Of a stretch of 20,000 bases of DNA, positions 16,206 to 20,000 are shown in pieces. The translations under genes and the position numbers were made by a program. Source of the DNA: an uncultured virus (IMG/VR IMGVR_UViG_2690315748_000003) (lineage: Duplodnaviria; Heunggongvirae; Uroviricota; Caudoviricetes); the IMG/VR virus record IMGVR_UViG_2690315748_000003, positions 45,642-65,641 of that record, one strand, 5' to 3'. Position 1 is the stretch's first letter; each line of letters opens with the position of its first letter. The notes under the pieces are model-generated. The model was not told the DNA's origin and ran no database searches. It saw only the letters and a list, made by a program, of their open reading frames with translations.

Positions 16206-16838
16206 ATGTGGGAGCCTATTAGGTTCTTGCTTTTCTCAACTGTAGAAACATTTGCGGCGTTCGTTTTAATGTTAACTATTTTCAGAGTTAGAGCTTTAGA
16301 CTATGTATGGCCTGCATTGTTTATTGGATTGATAATGAACTTGCAAAGTTTCATTTTAAGGGAAGAAACTTCTTTGGCTTTTTTTGCTCCAACCATAAAC
16401 ATTATATTGTTCACATTATTGATAACCACTGTTGTTAGGATGCCGATTATCTGGGCAGCCATCATATCCATTACAGGCACATTTTTGTATACATTATTCC
16501 AAGCGGCGATTATATTAATGCTTTTTGGTACCTTGACAACAGAAATGCAGACCTCAGCAGAAGGATCGTTAGCACAAGCGGTAACCAGTGCATGGGTGTT
16601 AGCTATTTCGTGGTTCCTGTATAAATTTAAAATAGGCTTTACAGCAGATTATGAAAATCTACGTTTTAAGTGGGAGTATGTACTCGTTATTATCTTAATA
16701 ATAGGAGTATTGGCAGCTTGTGCATTTATGTTTTACGTCAATAATTTCTTTTTGAGTATTCTATTTATTGCCTTAGCATCTGCTATGTTTTTGTATTATG
16801 CATTAAAAACGGAGCGTGATTACTATAAAAAGTCTTGA
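16206..16838 (+). CDS. Polytopic membrane protein resembling an AgrC-type sensor domain, without kinase domain
   Basis: About 7 hydrophobic segments, ending ~10 residues after the last one; no H-box or ATPase motifs; overlaps agrB. The AgrC resemblance rests on topology and context. Confidence 0.65.
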   Translation: MWEPIRFLLFSTVETFAAFVLMLTIFRVRALDYVWPALFIGLIMNLQSFILREETSLAFFAPTINIILFTLLITTVVRMPIIWAAIISITGTFLYTLFQAAIILMLFGTLTTEMQTSAEGSLAQAVTSAWVLAISWFLYKFKIGFTADYENLRFKWEYVLVIILIIGVLAACAFMFYVNNFFLSILFIALASAMFLYYALKTERDYYKKS

Positions 16839-17370
16839 CACCATCGCTCTTAATATTGCGACTCACATCAAAACAGTTGTACCTGATCATCCTTCATCTA
16901 TAGATGTTCTAAAACACGGGATAGCCGTTGCGATCAATACATTTTCAATTATTTTACTGACTATCGGTATCTCATTTTTTACGGACAGAATGCAGGAAGC
17001 TTTGCTAGCGATGATATCTTTTTCAATGTTGCGCCAAATTGTAGGAGGAATACATTTAAAGAGCAATATAGTGTGTATTATTGTATCTACAGTTCTACTT
17101 ACTGCTTTATCTTTCGCAAGTTTTAATTACAATTGGATCGTTATTACGTCGATAATAAGTATTGTGCTTATCTTGATTTATGCGCCGTCGAGGATAGAGG
17201 GGAGGACGCGTATATCAAAGCGGCACTATCCGTTGCTAAAGTTTATGGGAGTTGCAATTGTTGCTCTAAATCTGTGGTTGGCTTATCCGGTAGTAGCTGC
17301 CAGTTTTTTCGTTCAGAGTTTAACACTAATAGAAGGAGGTGTGAAAAATGAAGAAAACCAAACCGAGTAA
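16816..17370 (+). CDS. agrB: Accessory gene regulator B (cyclic peptide maturase)
   Basis: LRQIVGGIHLKSNIVC contains the AgrB R-x3-GG-x-H...C catalytic motif; YAP motif; multi-TM. Confidence 0.9.
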   Translation: MITIKSLDTIALNIATHIKTVVPDHPSSIDVLKHGIAVAINTFSIILLTIGISFFTDRMQEALLAMISFSMLRQIVGGIHLKSNIVCIIVSTVLLTALSFASFNYNWIVITSIISIVLILIYAPSRIEGRTRISKRHYPLLKFMGVAIVALNLWLAYPVVAASFFVQSLTLIEGGVKNEENQTE

Positions 17371-17494
17371 AGTAAAGGCTAGTATGTATTACAATATTGC
17401 TGCAATGTTGACAACACTTGCGGTTGCTTCAGTAAGCACGGCAAGTTTGTCATGGATTCACAGTCCCGAACCACCGAAAGAATTGTTAAAGTAA
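17348..17494 (+). CDS. agrD: AgrD-like cyclic lactone autoinducer precursor, 48 aa (not in ORF track)
   Basis: Hand translation MKKTKPSKVKASMYYNIAAMLTTLAVASVSTASLSWIHSPEPPKELLK*; RBS AAGGAGGT; amphipathic leader, S-x4 core and H-x-P-E-x-P-K-E-L tail. Confidence 0.88.
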   Translation: MKKTKPSKVKASMYYNIAAMLTTLAVASVSTASLSWIHSPEPPKELLK

Positions 17495-17508
17495 GCGGGG
17501 AATGTTAA

Positions 17509-17904
17509 ATGCTAAGTTTAACCGTATCGGCAGATCCTGGAGGTATAGAAAAGGGAGAGAATGTTTTAGTAGACAAAGTCCTTTTCATCTCTAAGGGGAG
17601 AAAGCGAGACCAGATACTGGTTCACACATTTGATAAAACATACTATATGGTAGGAACTTTGAGGCATTGGGAGAATTTTTTGAATAGTAACGGATATCGT
17701 TTTTTGAATGTGGATAGAAGTAACACTCTTAATGTAGAAAAAGTAAAGATTGTTAATGGTATCTTCAAAGATGCTTACTTTGAAGATGATATAACAAAAA
17801 CATCAAAAAGGTGTCCCATCGCTTATCACCGATTTGATGAGGTTGTTGAAGAAATGGGTTTCATAAATTCCAAAATAATCTTCACAGGAGTTGCTACGAA
17901 ATAG
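17509..17904 (+). CDS. Stand-alone LytTR DNA-binding domain protein (no receiver domain)
   Basis: VLFI..ILVHT..GTLRHWENFL..FLNVDRSNTLNVEKVK matches the LytTR pattern; only 131 aa. Confidence 0.8.
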   Translation: MLSLTVSADPGGIEKGENVLVDKVLFISKGRKRDQILVHTFDKTYYMVGTLRHWENFLNSNGYRFLNVDRSNTLNVEKVKIVNGIFKDAYFEDDITKTSKRCPIAYHRFDEVVEEMGFINSKIIFTGVATK

Positions 17905-17917
17905 CGACTCTTTTTTT
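17888..17917 (+). terminator. Intrinsic terminator of the agr-like operon
   Basis: GAGTTGCTA-cgaaa-TAGCGACTC followed by T7. Confidence 0.75.
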
Positions 17918-18144
17918 GTCGAAAATAAGTGTCTTATAATGTCGAATATTAAGAGACGTTCAGCGCCCGAATTTTTGTTGCCAAGACCCTAATATTGGGA
18001 TTTAATAGTAGTATAGTTATGTCAAAAATAGATATGTTCGATTATAGACATAATTGACTTGGGAGATAAAAAAGGGAGGGGAGTAGAGTTATCTGTAAAA
18101 AGTATGGTTCAACCATACTTTTATCCGAGGGAGAGCCAACGGGC

Positions 18145-18357
18145 TCACTCAAAGATCAGTTCGTATAAGTCTTCCATTTTACAATCGAGGGCATAGGCTA
18201 CGTTAATCATAACATCAGCAGACATTTTATCCTGATTGTTGGCCCAATTGGAAATCAAATGTCTGCTGTAGCCGGTGCGTCTAGCAAGATCGATTTGTTT
18301 TATACGACGTTCTTCGAGTAGTTCCTTTAATCGGCATCTCCCACGGGAGATTTTCAA
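18145..18357 (-). CDS. XRE/Cro-like HTH regulator
   Basis: RLKELLEERRIKQIDLARRTGYSRHLISNWANN..VAYALDCKMEDLYE. Confidence 0.88.
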   Translation of the reverse strand: MKISRGRCRLKELLEERRIKQIDLARRTGYSRHLISNWANNQDKMSADVMINVAYALDCKMEDLYELIFE

Positions 18358-18442
18358 TCAGAGATCCTCCAGTAGGTATCTATTCGTTGCAAATTATATC
18401 ACTGAGAGGCACTCCAGTAAATACGACAAAGGGCGTGCAACA

Positions 18443-18622
18443 ATGCAGGAATATCGGGTAGAGATAAAACAAAACTTAAGCCGGAAAGCAGCAGCATCTC
18501 TCGCAGAAATCATTATGATCGTACACGATATAAAAGCACCTGTTACAGTAAAAGTCGTCTCACCTTTACAAGAACACAAATTATTATTGGACAATATTAT
18601 CAACTGTAGTACGGGCGACTGA
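18443..18622 (+). CDS. Small hypothetical protein
   Basis: 59 aa from ATG 18443, divergent from the XRE gene, followed by a hairpin at about 18628-18663. Confidence 0.4.
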   Translation: MQEYRVEIKQNLSRKAAASLAEIIMIVHDIKAPVTVKVVSPLQEHKLLLDNIINCSTGD

Positions 18623-18820
18623 ATGAAAAATGAGCAGGAGGGGTAAAACCTCACTGCTCATTTAGCTTTATATCGTTAAAAAATATCCCGCAAGTTACCC
18701 GCAAAAGTGCTTGTAGATTGTTATTTTTTCTTGTAGATATAACTCACTCAAAAATCGTAAAAACCCTTTACCCTTGCGGCTTTAACTCGCTTCCTGTATG
18801 CTTGTGTAGATAACGACTTA

Positions 18821-18838
18821 TATATGTTCTACATTTGA
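18821..18838 (+). mobile_element. Probable prophage attR core: duplicated 3' end of a cymR-like (Rrf2) gene
   Basis: TAT ATG TTC TAC ATT TGA = YMFYI*, the characteristic CymR C-terminus, in its normal position just before the cysteine desulfurase. The rest of cymR is absent. Confidence 0.7.
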
Positions 18839-18848
18839 GGTGGATAAC

Positions 18849-20000
18849 ATGAACAGAATTTATCTGGATCATGCCGCATCGACTCCTATGCATCCTGAGG
18901 TTGCGCAGACTATGATGGACATCATGACCGGTCAATTCGGCAACGCTTCGAGCGTTCATGCCTTTGGCCGTGATGCCAAGCGCACCGTCAGCGCAGCGCG
19001 GGATGCCGTTGCGGCCTCTTTGGGCTGCAAGCCTGAAGAAATTATATTTACGAGCGGAGGGACAGAGAGTGATAATCTGGCCCTGTTTGGGACGGCTACG
19101 GCAGATGGTCGTACTTCCGGCCATATTATTACAACCGCGATTGAACATCACGCCGTGCTTCATGCTTGCGATGAGCTGGAAAAAGCGGGATACCAGGTAA
19201 CCTATATCCCGGTCAATGGTTTTGGGCGTGTGAATCCTGCGGATATTGAGGCAGCTATTCGCCCGGATACTTTTTTGATCAGCATGATGTATGCCAACAA
19301 TGAGGTGGGCGTCATTCAGCCGGTTCAAGAAGTAGGACAGATTGCGAGAGAGAATGGAATTATATTTCATGTAGACGCAGTTCAAGCCTTCGGGCATATA
19401 TCCATCGACTGCAAGAATCTCCCGATTGACTTACTTAGTGTGTCTGGCCATAAGATTAACGGTCCACAAGGGGTGGGTGCATTGTATATCCGTCAGGGTA
19501 CACGCATTCAGCCGCTAATGCATGGGGGACTTCAGGAGAAGAAGCGACGTGCCGGAACAGAAAATATCGCCGGCATTGCTGGGCTGGCTAAAGCCGCAAC
19601 TCTTGCCAATGCTTCCATTGAGGAGCGAGGAGCACACGATATGGCTCTTCGCCAAACGTTGCTAAAAGCGTTGGAAGGCTCTCTGGGTAGCCATGAGTTT
19701 ATAATTAACGGTGATCCTGAATATTTTGTGCCTAATGTGCTAAATATTAGCTTTCCGGCCATTGGTACAGAGACCATGCTGATGAATCTCGATATGGAAG
19801 GAATCGCAGCTGCCAGTGGATCAGCCTGCACTTCGGGGTCTCTAGAGCTATCGCATGTATTGCAGGCGATGGATCTGCCTGAAGATGTTTTGAATTCAGC
19901 GATTCGGTTTAGCTTCGGTTTGGGTAATACTACGGAAGAAATGGAATACACGGCCAAGAAAATTGAAACCATATGGAAGCGGCTGCGTACTAGGAACTAG
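18849..20000 (+). CDS. iscS: Cysteine desulfurase (IscS/NifS, YrvO-like), host gene
   Basis: YLDHAASTP, FTSGGTE, HVDAVQ, SGHK (PLP lysine), RAGTEN and SGSACTS (catalytic Cys). Confidence 0.96.
   Translation: MNRIYLDHAASTPMHPEVAQTMMDIMTGQFGNASSVHAFGRDAKRTVSAARDAVAASLGCKPEEIIFTSGGTESDNLALFGTATADGRTSGHIITTAIEHHAVLHACDELEKAGYQVTYIPVNGFGRVNPADIEAAIRPDTFLISMMYANNEVGVIQPVQEVGQIARENGIIFHVDAVQAFGHISIDCKNLPIDLLSVSGHKINGPQGVGALYIRQGTRIQPLMHGGLQEKKRRAGTENIAGIAGLAKAATLANASIEERGAHDMALRQTLLKALEGSLGSHEFIINGDPEYFVPNVLNISFPAIGTETMLMNLDMEGIAAASGSACTSGSLELSHVLQAMDLPEDVLNSAIRFSFGLGNTTEEMEYTAKKIETIWKRLRTRN

Larger units (their letters stand above)
1..18838 (+). mobile_element. Prophage, right part (tail, lysis, accessory region)
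   Basis: Tail-holin-endolysin order, AT-rich accessory genes, and an abrupt change to a higher-GC housekeeping gene after 18838. Confidence 0.9.

Noticed and set aside
18768..19972. Long minus-strand ORFs (209 aa and 146 aa) opposite the desulfurase
   Set aside because: Antisense shadows of a well-supported housekeeping gene, with no recognisable motifs.

Overview
Right-hand end of a temperate siphovirus-like prophage in a Paenibacillus-like (Bacillota) chromosome; the host is inferred from gene content only. From left to right: tail genes (1-3826), a two-gene moron (3888-5174), a lysis module with holin, GH25 endolysin and LL-H-type holin (5287-7474), and an ~11 kb accessory region (7500-18660). 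The prophage ends at a probable attR carrying the last codons (YMFYI*) of a cymR-like gene, followed by the host cysteine desulfurase (18849-20000). The accessory region holds a NucA/NucB nuclease, HicAB, SOS-box-controlled genes (YolD-like, LexA-N-like) and an HTH-TPR receptor with its secreted pro-peptide. The most notable items are: (i) an agr-like operon with AgrB and an unannotated AgrD, but with a kinase-less membrane sensor and a receiver-less LytTR protein; (ii) a stand-alone, apparently exported paralog of the phage's own tail beta-propeller domain; (iii) a GC-rich, multi-hairpin non-coding segment that looks like a ~280 nt structured RNA; (iv) several small ORFs missing from the ORF track; (v) a family of related hairpins that delimit the accessory cassettes. 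All protein calls come from motif recognition by eye; no searches were run.
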